Assembly (NCBI GenBank): GCA_963712275.1
Contig: CAVQHD010000001.1
Coordinates: 992,001-1,056,000 of the forward strand
Direction of reading: 5' to 3'
Origin: an uncultured Rhabdochlamydiaceae bacterium
Lineage (GTDB): Bacteria; Chlamydiota; Chlamydiia; Chlamydiales; Rhabdochlamydiaceae
DNA length: 64,000 nucleotides
Positions 30,953-40,867 of the stretch are shown here, piece by piece. Positions within the stretch are counted from its first letter, which is position 1. Every line of letters starts with the position of its first letter. The notes below the pieces were generated by a model. It had not been told where the DNA came from and did no database searches. It worked only from the letters and a program-made list of their open reading frames with translations. A program made the translations under genes and the position numbers.

Positions 30953-33900
30953 TCAAAAGTCCTTTCCAACGGTAAGCATAAACTGATTAGACCAGTATTT
31001 GGAGCCTAATTCCGCTTCATAGCCTAAGTTGATTGAAGTGGGCTTTTTCTTGCCGATTGTGACAGCAAAGTCGAGCCCCACATCTCCAAGGTTGAGATTT
31101 TGGTTCAGAGCGCTCACAGTAAAGGCCGTTGGAATGCCGGTAAGCGCTGTTGTGACTGTCCCTGCTGCAAACGGTTTTTGGAATACATAGCTGACCTTCT
31201 CTCTTAAGAAGAAAACACCCCAGGAGCGCTCCCATTTCTCACAAAATTTAAGCCCTGTTTCACTGCGCACCATGGAATTACTCAAGGCTTTTGCTCTCGC
31301 ATTGAAGGGAGCTGATCCTCTCTCTTGATAACCTCTTTGCCAGTTAATCGCCCAGTCTACAGCTGAAAAGGGGATCACATCCCCCCAAGAAAATTTTACA
31401 TCGTAGCCCACTTCTAAATGGGGAACCAGCTGCCAGGCAAAGATATTTGCTTTTGCTTTTTTAGAAAAACCAGAGAAGGAAATATCTCTTGTGTTCTCTG
31501 TTTCATTAAAAATTCCCCAAACGGCGGGAGAAAAGTAGAAATTACCTACAAAAGCATTTCCATAGAGGCTTGCAACATAGCCATTGATGTTGCCATGTCC
31601 GAAATTGTGATCTTCTGTGTAGCGGGTATGGACAAACCCAAGCGCAATCCCTGCAATCCCTCGATTTTCTCCACAGTAATCAATTCCTCCAAGCACAGCT
31701 TGAGAGTGGTAGTTAAACGAGGGGTTTTGCTTCTCGGCTTTTTGATGGGCATATTCTCCAAAGCCTGAGATCCATACAGAGAGCTTACTCTTATCTGAAC
31801 TCTTGACGGGGGTTTGAATCCGATTGGACGCATCGGCAAATAGTTCTGCCACAAACTCTTTTTGGGAAGATCTCTTACGTGCTGTGATCAGCGCATCTAT
31901 GTGCCAGCTAAGGTCTTTGCTCAAAGAAAACGCTGTCTGCTGGGTGATATAGGCGCTAAAGGCATTTCTAGATGGAGAGACTCTTTCCATTGCATTTTGC
32001 AATGCGCCTGCACTTAAACTGTCGAAAAGTTCAATGGTAGAGCTGGATGCATAGTTGTTTAAATAGTTTGCTACCTTCAGGCTATTGCCGGAGAGGCTTA
32101 TTGTTGAGATTTGAGGGGGCATTATATTCCCATAGAGAAGATATACAAAATTCGGTGCATAAGAGAGTCTAAACGTATACCCAGGAAGTCCTCCTGTGAC
32201 AGCTGGATCAAACTCTCCTGTATAAGAGCCTTCCAAAATCGTATACCGCATATCTGCGGGATAGCTTCCTGCATCCTGAGTGACATTCACAGTCCCCCCA
32301 AGCGCTACACTTCCACTGCCTGTTACCAAGATTTCAGAAGACGTCGTGGGGTCGATCTCGATATTTGTAATAGAAGAACTCTCTAACGTTAAAGGACCGC
32401 TTGAGGTATCAAATGTGATGGTTCCAATGGAATTGCCTGGAGAGAGCGTTCCAAAGATAGAGCCTCCTCCATAAATGGTCCCTGTCCCTCCAAGGGTTGC
32501 ACCAGAGGCTACTGAGACGCCTCCTTGAATGGATCCATTCACAGAGAGTCTTCCAGTTGTTACCGTTGTAACCCCTGCATAGGTATTGGCTCCGCTCAAA
32601 ACAAGGGTTCCTGGTCCTTGCATCGTAAGGGAGAGACCAGTCCCTGTTCCTGGCTGCCAAGAATTCCCTGAAGGGATGGAATTAAGACTATCATCTGCAA
32701 TCGTTCCAGCCAGCATTACGGTATTCCCGGTTCCCGGAGCAAATGTAAGGGTAGCGCCAGTGACTGCAAAGATGTCAGATCCGACAAATGCACCTGCGCC
32801 TCCATTTGCGGTGACGCTATTTCCTGTCGCCAAGCAATTTCCTTGAAAGATTACCGCTCCCGTATTGACGAAAAGAGCGCCCCCCATCGCCCCTCCATCT
32901 CCTCCAGAAGCGTTTGTACCGTTGCAGCCTCCAACGCCACCGCTGCCCGGGGTATATAGTCCCTCACCTCCACCCCCGCCACCAGCCCCAAAGCCGCCAT
33001 TACCGCTAAACGAACCAGGCCCTGTATTACTACCGCAACTTCCCCCACCTCCACCGAAACCACCATTTCCATTAGCCCCGCCACCGCCACCACCGCCAAA
33101 GCCTCCGGGTCCCCCTTGGTTTCCTGCCCCTCCTCCTCCTCCATAACCACCGGAGCCAGGATTAGGTCCATTCGCACCACCACCACCGCCGCCAGTACCC
33201 CCGCTACCTCCACTACGACCATCACCTCGGCCGCCACCGCCTCCTCCGGCACCGCCATTGATGCCTGAGCCGGAATAACCGCCACCCCCGCCTGCCCATG
33301 TTGCTGCAGGACCTGGACTCGTTCCTCCTCCAGCGCCGCCATTGGTAGCCGATTCAGGTGCAGCTCCGCCACCTCCAAAAACATAACCAGCTACAGTCTG
33401 TCCATTGCCTGCGCTTGAATTCCCTCCTGACGCACCTAAGATGGCTCCACCCCCTCCTGCTCCAGCACCAGAGGCAGTTCCATTCCCTCCATTCGCAATT
33501 CCCCCCCCTCCGCCAACCTGGCCTGTGCCACCACTACCGCTATAGCCTCCGCCTCCGCCCACGCCACCATTAGTAGCCGCCCCTCCATTTCCACCAAGCC
33601 CTCCACCACCCCCTCCCATCCCCTCGGAACTAGCACCACGGCCTGCGCTTGCACTATTGGAAGAAAATGTCACATTGCTGAGGGTAACAGTAGCTCCATC
33701 CACAAAAACAGCGCCTCCTGCTCCCATCCCGCCTCCGCCGCTTGAACCTCCCCCGCTGCCTCCCTGAGCTGTAGAGTTTTCAATCGCCAGGTTTTGTAAT
33801 GTTATATTGCTGCCCTGCCTAATAAAAAAAGGTCGGTAGCCATTTCCATCGATCGTCGTAGCTCCTGAAGAATTACCAATTGTGATGGTATCGGAGGAAA

Positions 33901-34186
33901 ATAGATTGATCGGAGGGAGAATATTTTCTAAGGTTACCTGCGTAGAGCCATCGGAAAAATCAAAGGTAATTGCATAGGGACCATTGGATAAGCCTTGAGC
34001 TTGGTTATTGAGAATCTGATTTAAAGCATACCGAAGATCCAAATAAGGAGCCGACTGTCCCCCTGTTGTTGTATTGGAATCAGTACCCGTCGTAACGATA
34101 TAAGGTGTCACTGTTGCAAAAGAGGTGCCTAATGAAAGAGTGAACGCTGCTGTAAAATACAGGAGCTTCTTTGATCGGATGTGCAT
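30953..34186 (-). CDS. type Va autotransporter with Gly-rich passenger
   Basis: ATG 34186 with GGAGA SD and signal peptide; about 250-aa poly-Gly region; GTLVLSGANTYAG passenger repeat; C-terminal barrel ending in F. Confidence 0.88.
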   Translation of the reverse strand: MHIRSKKLLYFTAAFTLSLGTSFATVTPYIVTTGTDSNTTTGGQSAPYLDLRYALNQILNNQAQGLSNGPYAITFDFSDGSTQVTLENILPPINLFSSDTITIGNSSGATTIDGNGYRPFFIRQGSNITLQNLAIENSTAQGGSGGGSSGGGGMGAGGAVFVDGATVTLSNVTFSSNSASAGRGASSEGMGGGGGGLGGNGGAATNGGVGGGGGYSGSGGTGQVGGGGGIANGGNGTASGAGAGGGGAILGASGGNSSAGNGQTVAGYVFGGGGAAPESATNGGAGGGTSPGPAATWAGGGGGYSGSGINGGAGGGGGGRGDGRSGGSGGTGGGGGGANGPNPGSGGYGGGGGAGNQGGPGGFGGGGGGGANGNGGFGGGGGSCGSNTGPGSFSGNGGFGAGGGGGGEGLYTPGSGGVGGCNGTNASGGDGGAMGGALFVNTGAVIFQGNCLATGNSVTANGGAGAFVGSDIFAVTGATLTFAPGTGNTVMLAGTIADDSLNSIPSGNSWQPGTGTGLSLTMQGPGTLVLSGANTYAGVTTVTTGRLSVNGSIQGGVSVASGATLGGTGTIYGGGSIFGTLSPGNSIGTITFDTSSGPLTLESSSITNIEIDPTTSSEILVTGSGSVALGGTVNVTQDAGSYPADMRYTILEGSYTGEFDPAVTGGLPGYTFRLSYAPNFVYLLYGNIMPPQISTISLSGNSLKVANYLNNYASSSTIELFDSLSAGALQNAMERVSPSRNAFSAYITQQTAFSLSKDLSWHIDALITARKRSSQKEFVAELFADASNRIQTPVKSSDKSKLSVWISGFGEYAHQKAEKQNPSFNYHSQAVLGGIDYCGENRGIAGIALGFVHTRYTEDHNFGHGNINGYVASLYGNAFVGNFYFSPAVWGIFNETENTRDISFSGFSKKAKANIFAWQLVPHLEVGYDVKFSWGDVIPFSAVDWAINWQRGYQERGSAPFNARAKALSNSMVRSETGLKFCEKWERSWGVFFLREKVSYVFQKPFAAGTVTTALTGIPTAFTVSALNQNLNLGDVGLDFAVTIGKKKPTSINLGYEAELGSKYWSNQFMLTVGKDF

Positions 34187-34275
34187 TTGATCTCCAGTGA
34201 CTTTCACGTTTGCGATTGATGCTGTAAGCTGAAACGTAGCTAAAAACATAGAAAAAAACAAGCATGACAGAACAG

Positions 34276-34312
34276 TATAACAAATATTTGAAATCTTCAA
34301 ATATTTGTTATA
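34276..34312. promoter_or_regulatory. 17-bp perfect inverted repeat in divergent autotransporter/fabH intergenic region
   Basis: TATAACAAATATTTGAA-ATC-TTCAAATATTTGTTATA. Confidence 0.6.
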
Positions 34313-34382
34313 ATTTTCTAATTCTGCCTTTATATCTTTCAGCAGTTTCCTTTTTTCAACCGTTCCTATATACTGAGCTTCC

Positions 34383-35399
34383 ATGCAAAATTTTAATCGT
34401 CCACAGGCAAAAATTAGAGGAACTGGAAGCTATCTTCCCAAGCGGGTTTTAACAAATCAAGACTTGGAAAAGATGGTCACAACCACCGATGAGTGGATTG
34501 TCACGCGGACAGGAATGAAGGAACGGCGGCTTGCTGCAGCCGATGAGTTCACCTCGGATATGGGGCGTCTTGCTGCAGAAAAAGCGCTAGAAGTGGCCAA
34601 CTGCAAGGCAGAAGAACTTGATTTAATCTTATTTGCCACCTTTACGCCCGACTATGTTTTTCCAAGCACGGCCTGTTTAATTCAAAATCTTTTAGGTGCG
34701 CATAAAGCTGGGGCTCTTGATATTCAAGCAGCTTGTACGGGCTATTTATATGCTTTAGCTATTGCAAAAGCATTTATTGAAGCAGGAAGTTATAAAAATA
34801 TTTTAATTGTAGCGGCTGAAAAGCTTTCGTCAATTGTGAATTATGAAGACCGAAATACTTGTATCTTATTTGGGGATGGAGCATCGGCGGCTGTGATCTC
34901 TTCTGAGGACCCCTCTGAGGGTAAGGGAAGGGGACTTAAGGTGCAAGATGTGACGCTAGGGGCAGATGGGAAGGAGGCGCAGCTCATCGTTTTACCAGCT
35001 GGCGGATCTCGTATGCCGGCGAGCGCTGAGACGGTAGGGGGGAAGCTTCACTATCTTCAGATGGAGGGAAAGGAAGTTTTTAAACATGCCGTGCGTCGAA
35101 TGGAGAGTGCTTCAAAGGAGTCGATCGAGAAGGCAGGGCTTCGAGAAGATCAGATTTCTTGGCTGATTCCGCATCAAGCCAACATGAGAATTATTGAGGC
35201 ACTGGCCAAACGATTTAATGTGCCCATGGAAAAGGTATTTATCACGATCCATAAATATGGGAATACGTCGGCATCATCACTAGGGATTGCTTTGGATGAG
35301 CTTTTACGTGAAAACAGAGTGCAAAGAGGAGAGAACATTTTGCTGACAGCCTTCGGGGCCGGGCTTACATGGGGGGCCGCGGTAGTTACTCATGAGTAA
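34383..35399 (+). CDS. fabH: 3-oxoacyl-ACP synthase III
   Basis: AACTG, PHQAN, YGNTS, FGAGLTWG. Confidence 0.97.
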   Translation: MQNFNRPQAKIRGTGSYLPKRVLTNQDLEKMVTTTDEWIVTRTGMKERRLAAADEFTSDMGRLAAEKALEVANCKAEELDLILFATFTPDYVFPSTACLIQNLLGAHKAGALDIQAACTGYLYALAIAKAFIEAGSYKNILIVAAEKLSSIVNYEDRNTCILFGDGASAAVISSEDPSEGKGRGLKVQDVTLGADGKEAQLIVLPAGGSRMPASAETVGGKLHYLQMEGKEVFKHAVRRMESASKESIEKAGLREDQISWLIPHQANMRIIEALAKRFNVPMEKVFITIHKYGNTSASSLGIALDELLRENRVQRGENILLTAFGAGLTWGAAVVTHE

Positions 35400-36513
35400 A
35401 GAGGAAATTGCAAAACCCCGATTTGGGGCCAAATCCGCGCTTTTTGGGCAGGATCCGGATTCTGCGCAACCTGACACACCTTGGGCCTACTCTGAGCCGA
35501 GTATGTCCCAAGATGTGTCAGGTTGCGCAGAAACCGGCCCTGCCCAAAAATCATCGAATTTGGCTTCCAAAGCGAGTTTTGCAACTCCCTCTAAAAACTG
35601 TTTTATCTTTCCCGGGCAGGGGGCTCAATATGTGGGAATGGGAAAAGATTTTCACGACACTTTTCTGATTGCTCGTGAAACATTAGAAGAGGCCTCCGAC
35701 GTGCTGTCCCAAAATTTAAAAGAGCTGATCTTTCAAGGGCCTATCGAACTTCTTTCTCAAACTAAATATAGCCAGCCCGCCATTTTCGTAACCTCTATCG
35801 CCATTTTAAGAGTGGTTTCGCACCAATTTCCTCACCTTAGGCCGTCTGTGTGTGCAGGTTTAAGTCTTGGCGAATACACCGCTCTTGTTGCATCTGGAAA
35901 AATTTCATTTATAGAAGCTCTTCAGCTGGTTGCCGCCCGCGGGGCTTTCATGCAAGAGGCATGCCAGGAAAAAGAGGGGACGATGCGCGTTGTTCTAGGT
36001 CTTGAACCCGATGAAGTGAAAAAACATCTTCCGGAGGGCATCTGGATTGCGAATTTGAATTGTCCAGGACAAGTTGTTATCGCTGGACTTTCCTCTGCTA
36101 TGCCAGCTGCCGAAGACATTTTAAAGACTCAAGGGGCAAGACGAGTACTCCCTCTAGATGTATCAGGAGCTTTCCATACACCTCTTATGCGCTCTGCCTG
36201 CCTTCGTCTAGAACCTAAGTTGAAAACAGCCTCTTTTCAAGAGAGTGCCATTCAGCTTGTGATGAATGTGCCTGGAGATTTTGTCCAATCGATCGAAGAG
36301 ATTCGATGTCATTTAATCGATCAGGTGGTTTCGACAACCCGCTGGGAGCAGGGAATTCGGAAGATTGAAGCAGCGGGAATCGATGTCTATTTTGAAATGG
36401 GTCCTGCAGCGACACTTGCGGGAATGAATAAGAAAATTGGAACTAAAGCCCCAACGATCAGTATCGAAAAAGTGACGCAATTGGAGATGGTGGATGCAAT
36501 TACTCAAAGATAA
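35392..36513 (+). CDS. fabD: malonyl-CoA:ACP transacylase with 65-aa palindrome-encoded N-terminal insert
   Basis: FPGQGAQ, GLSLGEY, VSGAFH; insert between MSK and NCFIFPGQ. Confidence 0.95.
   Translation: MSKEEIAKPRFGAKSALFGQDPDSAQPDTPWAYSEPSMSQDVSGCAETGPAQKSSNLASKASFATPSKNCFIFPGQGAQYVGMGKDFHDTFLIARETLEEASDVLSQNLKELIFQGPIELLSQTKYSQPAIFVTSIAILRVVSHQFPHLRPSVCAGLSLGEYTALVASGKISFIEALQLVAARGAFMQEACQEKEGTMRVVLGLEPDEVKKHLPEGIWIANLNCPGQVVIAGLSSAMPAAEDILKTQGARRVLPLDVSGAFHTPLMRSACLRLEPKLKTASFQESAIQLVMNVPGDFVQSIEEIRCHLIDQVVSTTRWEQGIRKIEAAGIDVYFEMGPAATLAGMNKKIGTKAPTISIEKVTQLEMVDAITQR
35401..35591. mobile_element. 191-bp palindromic element (F) inserted in frame in fabD
   Basis: GAGGAAATTGCAAAAC..GTTTTGCAACTCCCTC ends, 19-bp perfect inner stem 35460-35478/35514-35532, TAAA on both flanks. 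Confidence 0.88.
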
Positions 36514-37243
36514 GACGGCTCTTGTAACAGGGGGGACAGCCGGAATTGGGAAAGCGATTGCCCTTGCCTTTGCAAGTCAAGGCGCTTCAGTTGCGATTTT
36601 TGGGACAAATGGCGAGAGAGCTGCCCACGTTGTTCAAGAGATGGAAGCTGTGAGCCCCGCCCAAAAATTTCTTTATCGTCTTCTTGATGTTGCAGACAAA
36701 AAAAATGTTGATCAAGCGGTTTCCGAAATCCTTTCTCTTTTCGGAGCTGTGGACATCTTAGTCAACAATGCGGGAATAACGCGTGACGGCCTTTTAATGA
36801 AGATGACAGAAGAAGATTGGGATCGAGTCATTGCTGTCAATTTGAAATCTGTCTATAATACGTCCCAAGCTTTAGTAAGGCCTATGTTGAAGGCAAGGCG
36901 GGGAAAGATAATTAATATTTCCTCTGTCGTTGGCTTGATGGGAAATCCAGGGCAAACGAATTATGCAGCATCCAAAGCAGGGATGATTGGGATGACGAAA
37001 TCGCTAGCCAGAGAACTTGCAAGCCGGCATATTTGTGTGAATTGTATTGCGCCTGGGTTTATCCAAACTCCGATGACGGCCGACTTAACCGATGTGCAAA
37101 AAGAATCGCTTTTGAAACAAATCCCCATGGGACGATTGGGGCTTCCTGAAGAGATTGCTCAAGCAGCGCTCTTTTTAGCAGGCCCTGGATCTGACTATAT
37201 CACCGGGCAAGTGCTCACGGTGGATGGTGGAATGGTAATGTAA
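36494..37243 (+). CDS. fabG: 3-oxoacyl-ACP reductase
   Basis: [21 protein letters not shown]. Confidence 0.97.
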   Translation: MQLLKDKTALVTGGTAGIGKAIALAFASQGASVAIFGTNGERAAHVVQEMEAVSPAQKFLYRLLDVADKKNVDQAVSEILSLFGAVDILVNNAGITRDGLLMKMTEEDWDRVIAVNLKSVYNTSQALVRPMLKARRGKIINISSVVGLMGNPGQTNYAASKAGMIGMTKSLARELASRHICVNCIAPGFIQTPMTADLTDVQKESLLKQIPMGRLGLPEEIAQAALFLAGPGSDYITGQVLTVDGGMVM

Positions 37244-37272
37244 AAACCAAAAACTGTAAGGAAATTATGCTT

Positions 37273-37512
37273 ATGTCATCTTTAGAAAAAGACGTCATTG
37301 ACATCGTTGTCGAGCAGCTGGGTGTCGATACGGCTGACGTCTCCTTGGAGAAAGCCTTCATTGAGGACCTCAACGCCGATTCACTCGATCTCACAGAGCT
37401 CATTATGACATTTGAAGAGCGGTTTGGCTTCGAAATCTCTGAAGAAGAGGCGGAAAAGCTCAAAACCGTAGGAGATGTCGTCGCTTTTATCAAGAAGAAA
37501 AAAGAGGCGTAG
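37273..37512 (+). CDS. acpP: acyl carrier protein
   Basis: [12 protein letters not shown]; start 37267 or 37273. Confidence 0.97.
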   Translation: MSSLEKDVIDIVVEQLGVDTADVSLEKAFIEDLNADSLDLTELIMTFEERFGFEISEEEAEKLKTVGDVVAFIKKKKEA

Positions 37513-37527
37513 TTTACTCTTCCATAA

Positions 37528-37574
37528 GACCTCTTTCGAATCTTAGAGATTGTCTCTTAGTTTAGAAAGAGGTC
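37528..37574. repeat. short palindrome (element H) overlapping LRR gene stop
   Basis: GACCTCTTTCGAA..TTAGAAAGAGGTC, TAA on both flanks. Confidence 0.8.
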
Positions 37575-38957
37575 TAAATTACCAAGAAACATCCGTAAAA
37601 ACGCTGCTGCGGTAGCGATGCCTGCAACGACTGGCATTACTCGTGGTGGGTTTATTGTTTCGATCAAGAGTTTTGTTTTTATGTCTAGGCAGTTATAGCG
37701 GAAATGTGCAGGCTCAGCAAGCGGTAGAGTAAAAAACTGAGGAGGAATAGATGTTAAGAAGTTACTGGAGAGATTAATCATCGTTAATCCTTGGAGATTG
37801 CTGATTTGAGGTGGAAGGCTACTGAGACAATTGTGACTCAAATCAAGGTTTCTTAAAGCTTGTAAATTGCCGATCTGTGGAGGAAGTTCTTTTAGAGAAT
37901 TGTTGTTAAGAAAAAGGAGCTGTAAGGCCTGTAAATTGCCGATCTGTGGAGGAAGTTCTTTCAGGGAGTTGTTGTTAAGAAAAAGGAGCTGTAAGGCCTG
38001 TAAATTGCCGATCTGCGGGGGAAGTTCAATCAAGGAGTTGTAACTCAAATCAAGCCCTTGTAAAGCTTTTAAGTTGTAAATTTCTGGAGGGAGTTCGATC
38101 AGGAAATTATTGTTAAGACCAAGATGCTGTAAAGCTTGTAAATGACCGATCTCTGGAGGAAGTTCCATCAGGGAATTGCTACACAAATCAAGCTTCAGTA
38201 AAGCCTGTAGATGAGCGATTTCTGGGGGAAGCTCGTTGAGAAAATTGTAACTCAGATCAAGGTTTCCTAAAATGTGTAAGTCGCAAATTTCCTTGGGTAA
38301 TCTTGTAAGACCTAAGTTGCTTAAATCCAATATCGTTAGCGATGACAGTGGAGAAAGGAAGTCTTTTGATTTTACAGAAAACTCGGAGCGAAGACGATCG
38401 GCTTCTTTGAGAAGGGCTTGAGCAGAAGTTCGGGCCTGACTGTTCACCTCCATTTCAGGAAGTTTTGAGCAGCACAAGCAAAAATTAGCCGCTTTAATGA
38501 CCTCATCAGCATAGATATAATCAGAAATGTCGCTTTTATCTGTCAGTTTAACGAGCGAATCGAGATTTAAAAGCCGAAGTTCTCTTGTTAGCTCCTGGTA
38601 AACTGCTTTCTGAAACTGAGGGCGCGGAAGGGGGAGGATGATTTTCCGAGAAATTTCAGGTAAGTGATTTGAAATTAAAGAGATAAAAGAACGGTCGTCA
38701 CTTATTGCACAGAACTGCTTACAGACTAAGGAGAGTTGTTGGGGATTCCCTGCCTCTTTTAAAATATCCAAGACTCTTTCAGTTGGCAGAGTCTTGAAAG
38801 GGTTGGGAAGAGAGGAATCCTTTTTATGTGTTGAATAAACTGTATAGACAGAAGGATCGGGCTCCCAGTTTTCTTCCTTATGAAAAGCGTGACTGCTTTC
38901 GAATAATTCGGGTAATTCAGTGGGAGGGAGTCCAAAATTATTGCTTAATTGTGCCAT
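37557..38957 (-). CDS. F-box + LRR protein with hydrophobic C-terminal segment
   Basis: FKTLPTERVLDIL..LSLVCKQF F-box; LPPQIGNLQALQLLFLNNNSLKE repeats; VMPVVAGIATAAAFL tail. Confidence 0.85.
   Translation of the reverse strand: MAQLSNNFGLPPTELPELFESSHAFHKEENWEPDPSVYTVYSTHKKDSSLPNPFKTLPTERVLDILKEAGNPQQLSLVCKQFCAISDDRSFISLISNHLPEISRKIILPLPRPQFQKAVYQELTRELRLLNLDSLVKLTDKSDISDYIYADEVIKAANFCLCCSKLPEMEVNSQARTSAQALLKEADRLRSEFSVKSKDFLSPLSSLTILDLSNLGLTRLPKEICDLHILGNLDLSYNFLNELPPEIAHLQALLKLDLCSNSLMELPPEIGHLQALQHLGLNNNFLIELPPEIYNLKALQGLDLSYNSLIELPPQIGNLQALQLLFLNNNSLKELPPQIGNLQALQLLFLNNNSLKELPPQIGNLQALRNLDLSHNCLSSLPPQISNLQGLTMINLSSNFLTSIPPQFFTLPLAEPAHFRYNCLDIKTKLLIETINPPRVMPVVAGIATAAAFLRMFLGNLDLFLN
37861..38047. 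repeat. near-identical 69-bp tandem repeats encoding LRR units
   Basis: TGTAAATTGCCGATCTG at 37861, 37930, 37999. Confidence 0.85.
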
Positions 38958-39214
38958 ATAATAGCCTATTTTTATGTTTTATTAAATATAAGAACTATTA
39001 TAACATATTATTTTAATTAAATTATATTTATTTTTTTATATGATTGCAACTTGTTAATTTTGAAAATGTTATGAAAGAATACTAATTCGGCAAGTTCTCA
39101 TAAACTTGAGGTAAGGCCGATCTTTACCCATAAGTCTCTTTCCTTAAATATATATACATTAATTGATAATTAAGTGTAAAATTATATTTATAATATATAA
39201 ATATAGGAGATTTT

Positions 39215-39745
39215 ATGACAAGTATAACGCATCTTAATGCCGATTATCGATTCCAACATGCCAGAACTTCGGCAGATTCCTTAGGCAACAATTCCGATAG
39301 AGTGAGGGCCCACATAGAAATTGCTCAGCGTGATCCTGAGCACGATTTTTTTTGGGCAAAAAGACGCGCCTGCACTCACAACGGTACAGGATTTGATTTA
39401 ATGGTTCAAAGGTCCCTCCTTCGAGAGATTGCAGCAGCCGAAGCTTGTTTCAACCTCGCTGCAGCCAAAGTTACAGCTGGTAGTATTGATGATCCCTCAG
39501 AGAGAGAACTTGCATATATGGATATTATTAAGATTGAAGCTGGAAGCAATATAGAGGCAGCCAAAATCACTGCAGAGGCTAATATAAAAGATCCATTAAG
39601 AAAAGACCGTGCTGCTAGGTATATTGCTGTAACCCTAGCCAAGGACTATCCAGAAGCGGGTAAAGCAATGGCAAGTTCTATCAGGGATCCTTTTTACAGA
39701 CAAGAGGCTTTATCAGAAATTGAAGCCCAACAGAAAACAACGTAG
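39215..39745 (+). CDS. hypothetical helical-repeat (TPR/HEAT-like) protein
   Basis: AGGAGA SD; three AAKxTA..I.DP..R..A...I repeats. Confidence 0.7.
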   Translation: MTSITHLNADYRFQHARTSADSLGNNSDRVRAHIEIAQRDPEHDFFWAKRRACTHNGTGFDLMVQRSLLREIAAAEACFNLAAAKVTAGSIDDPSERELAYMDIIKIEAGSNIEAAKITAEANIKDPLRKDRAARYIAVTLAKDYPEAGKAMASSIRDPFYRQEALSEIEAQQKTT

Positions 39746-39796
39746 AAAACGCGCAAAGGTGCAACTATCGATTCTTGCAACAGCTTCTAAAGATAT

Positions 39797-40867
39797 CTAA
39801 TTCGTTTTGACCTGGATCCAGGCATCCCTGAGTTTTTCTTGAGAGGTAACCACCTGAGTAAAGAGGAGGGTTTGAAACTCTTTTCCTTCGAGGGAGATGA
39901 GGTTGAAGGTAGGTTCATCCACTTCAAGGTCTTGTAGGACATCCATGGTAGCAGGGAAGATCCCATAGGTGTCATAATGGGTTTTCATCGAAGCGCGCGT
40001 ATAGAGATAGTTGATGAGTTGGTAGGTGAGATGCTCTTTTTGACTTGTCTTAGGGATGCAGATATTTTCGATGGAAATGAACGACCCTTCTTTAGGCATG
40101 ACATATCCTACAAAGGGGAATTTTCGCATGGTTCTCCATAGATAGGAGCTAGAGCAGAGCACAACCGCGCTGTTTTTGGTTGCGAGAAAATAGTCTCCTC
40201 TAAAATCGGCATAGGCATTGACATACTTCTTCTGGGTAGTGAGAAGATCAATCACTTTTGGAAGCTCTGCATCAGAGATGTAGCTTACGGGGCCATAAAG
40301 GTAGAAAGAGGCGATATAGATGGCTTGGACGGGATCGTTAATCATCGTGATGCGGTAAGAGATTTGGTCGGGGTCGAAAATCATTTTCCAGCTTGGAATA
40401 AAGGGGTGCGTTGCAAAATAGTTTTTATCGATTCCTAGCAAAAACACCTCCCATTCAAAAGGGATTGAGTAGAGATTGTGGGGATCGAAATGGTGTCCTA
40501 GAAGTTTTGGGTTAAGTTGGGGTAGAAAATGAAGCTGTGTTTTATCAAGCTCTTTCAATAAGTCGTCTCTTACAAGAGTTTTAACAGAATAATCTGAAGG
40601 GATGATGAGATCATACCCTTCTCCTCCAGTCGCCTTTAACTTGACGATCATTTCCTCATTGGAGGCGTAGAAATTCACATTCACCTTAATTCCTGTCGTT
40701 TTTTCAAAGTCAGCAACAACAGTGGGCTCTAAAATATCTCCCCAGGCAAAGATGTTGATGGAGCGAGAGCTTCCCAAGAAAACTTCTTTAGGCCAGTAGA
40801 GAACTCCGAAGATAAGGGCAACCCAGAAAAGAATCACAAAGCTTCGGCTGAGCATTTTTTTAATCAC
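39797..40867 (-). CDS. potD: spermidine/putrescine ABC substrate-binding protein
   Basis: SNEEMIVKL, GYDLIIPSDY; operon order. Confidence 0.88.
   Translation of the reverse strand: MIKKMLSRSFVILFWVALIFGVLYWPKEVFLGSSRSINIFAWGDILEPTVVADFEKTTGIKVNVNFYASNEEMIVKLKATGGEGYDLIIPSDYSVKTLVRDDLLKELDKTQLHFLPQLNPKLLGHHFDPHNLYSIPFEWEVFLLGIDKNYFATHPFIPSWKMIFDPDQISYRITMINDPVQAIYIASFYLYGPVSYISDAELPKVIDLLTTQKKYVNAYADFRGDYFLATKNSAVVLCSSSYLWRTMRKFPFVGYVMPKEGSFISIENICIPKTSQKEHLTYQLINYLYTRASMKTHYDTYGIFPATMDVLQDLEVDEPTFNLISLEGKEFQTLLFTQVVTSQEKLRDAWIQVKTN

Noticed and set aside
32850..33780. GC-rich island or Pro-rich + strand ORFs
   Set aside because: Explained by poly-Gly codons of the autotransporter
34187..34384. 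66-aa N-terminal extension of the autotransporter ORF
   Set aside because: SD and signal peptide fit ATG 34186; the extension covers the divergent promoter region
38960..39214. AT-rich tract as a replication origin
   Set aside because: No DnaA-box cluster seen; better explained as the divergent promoter region of accessory genes
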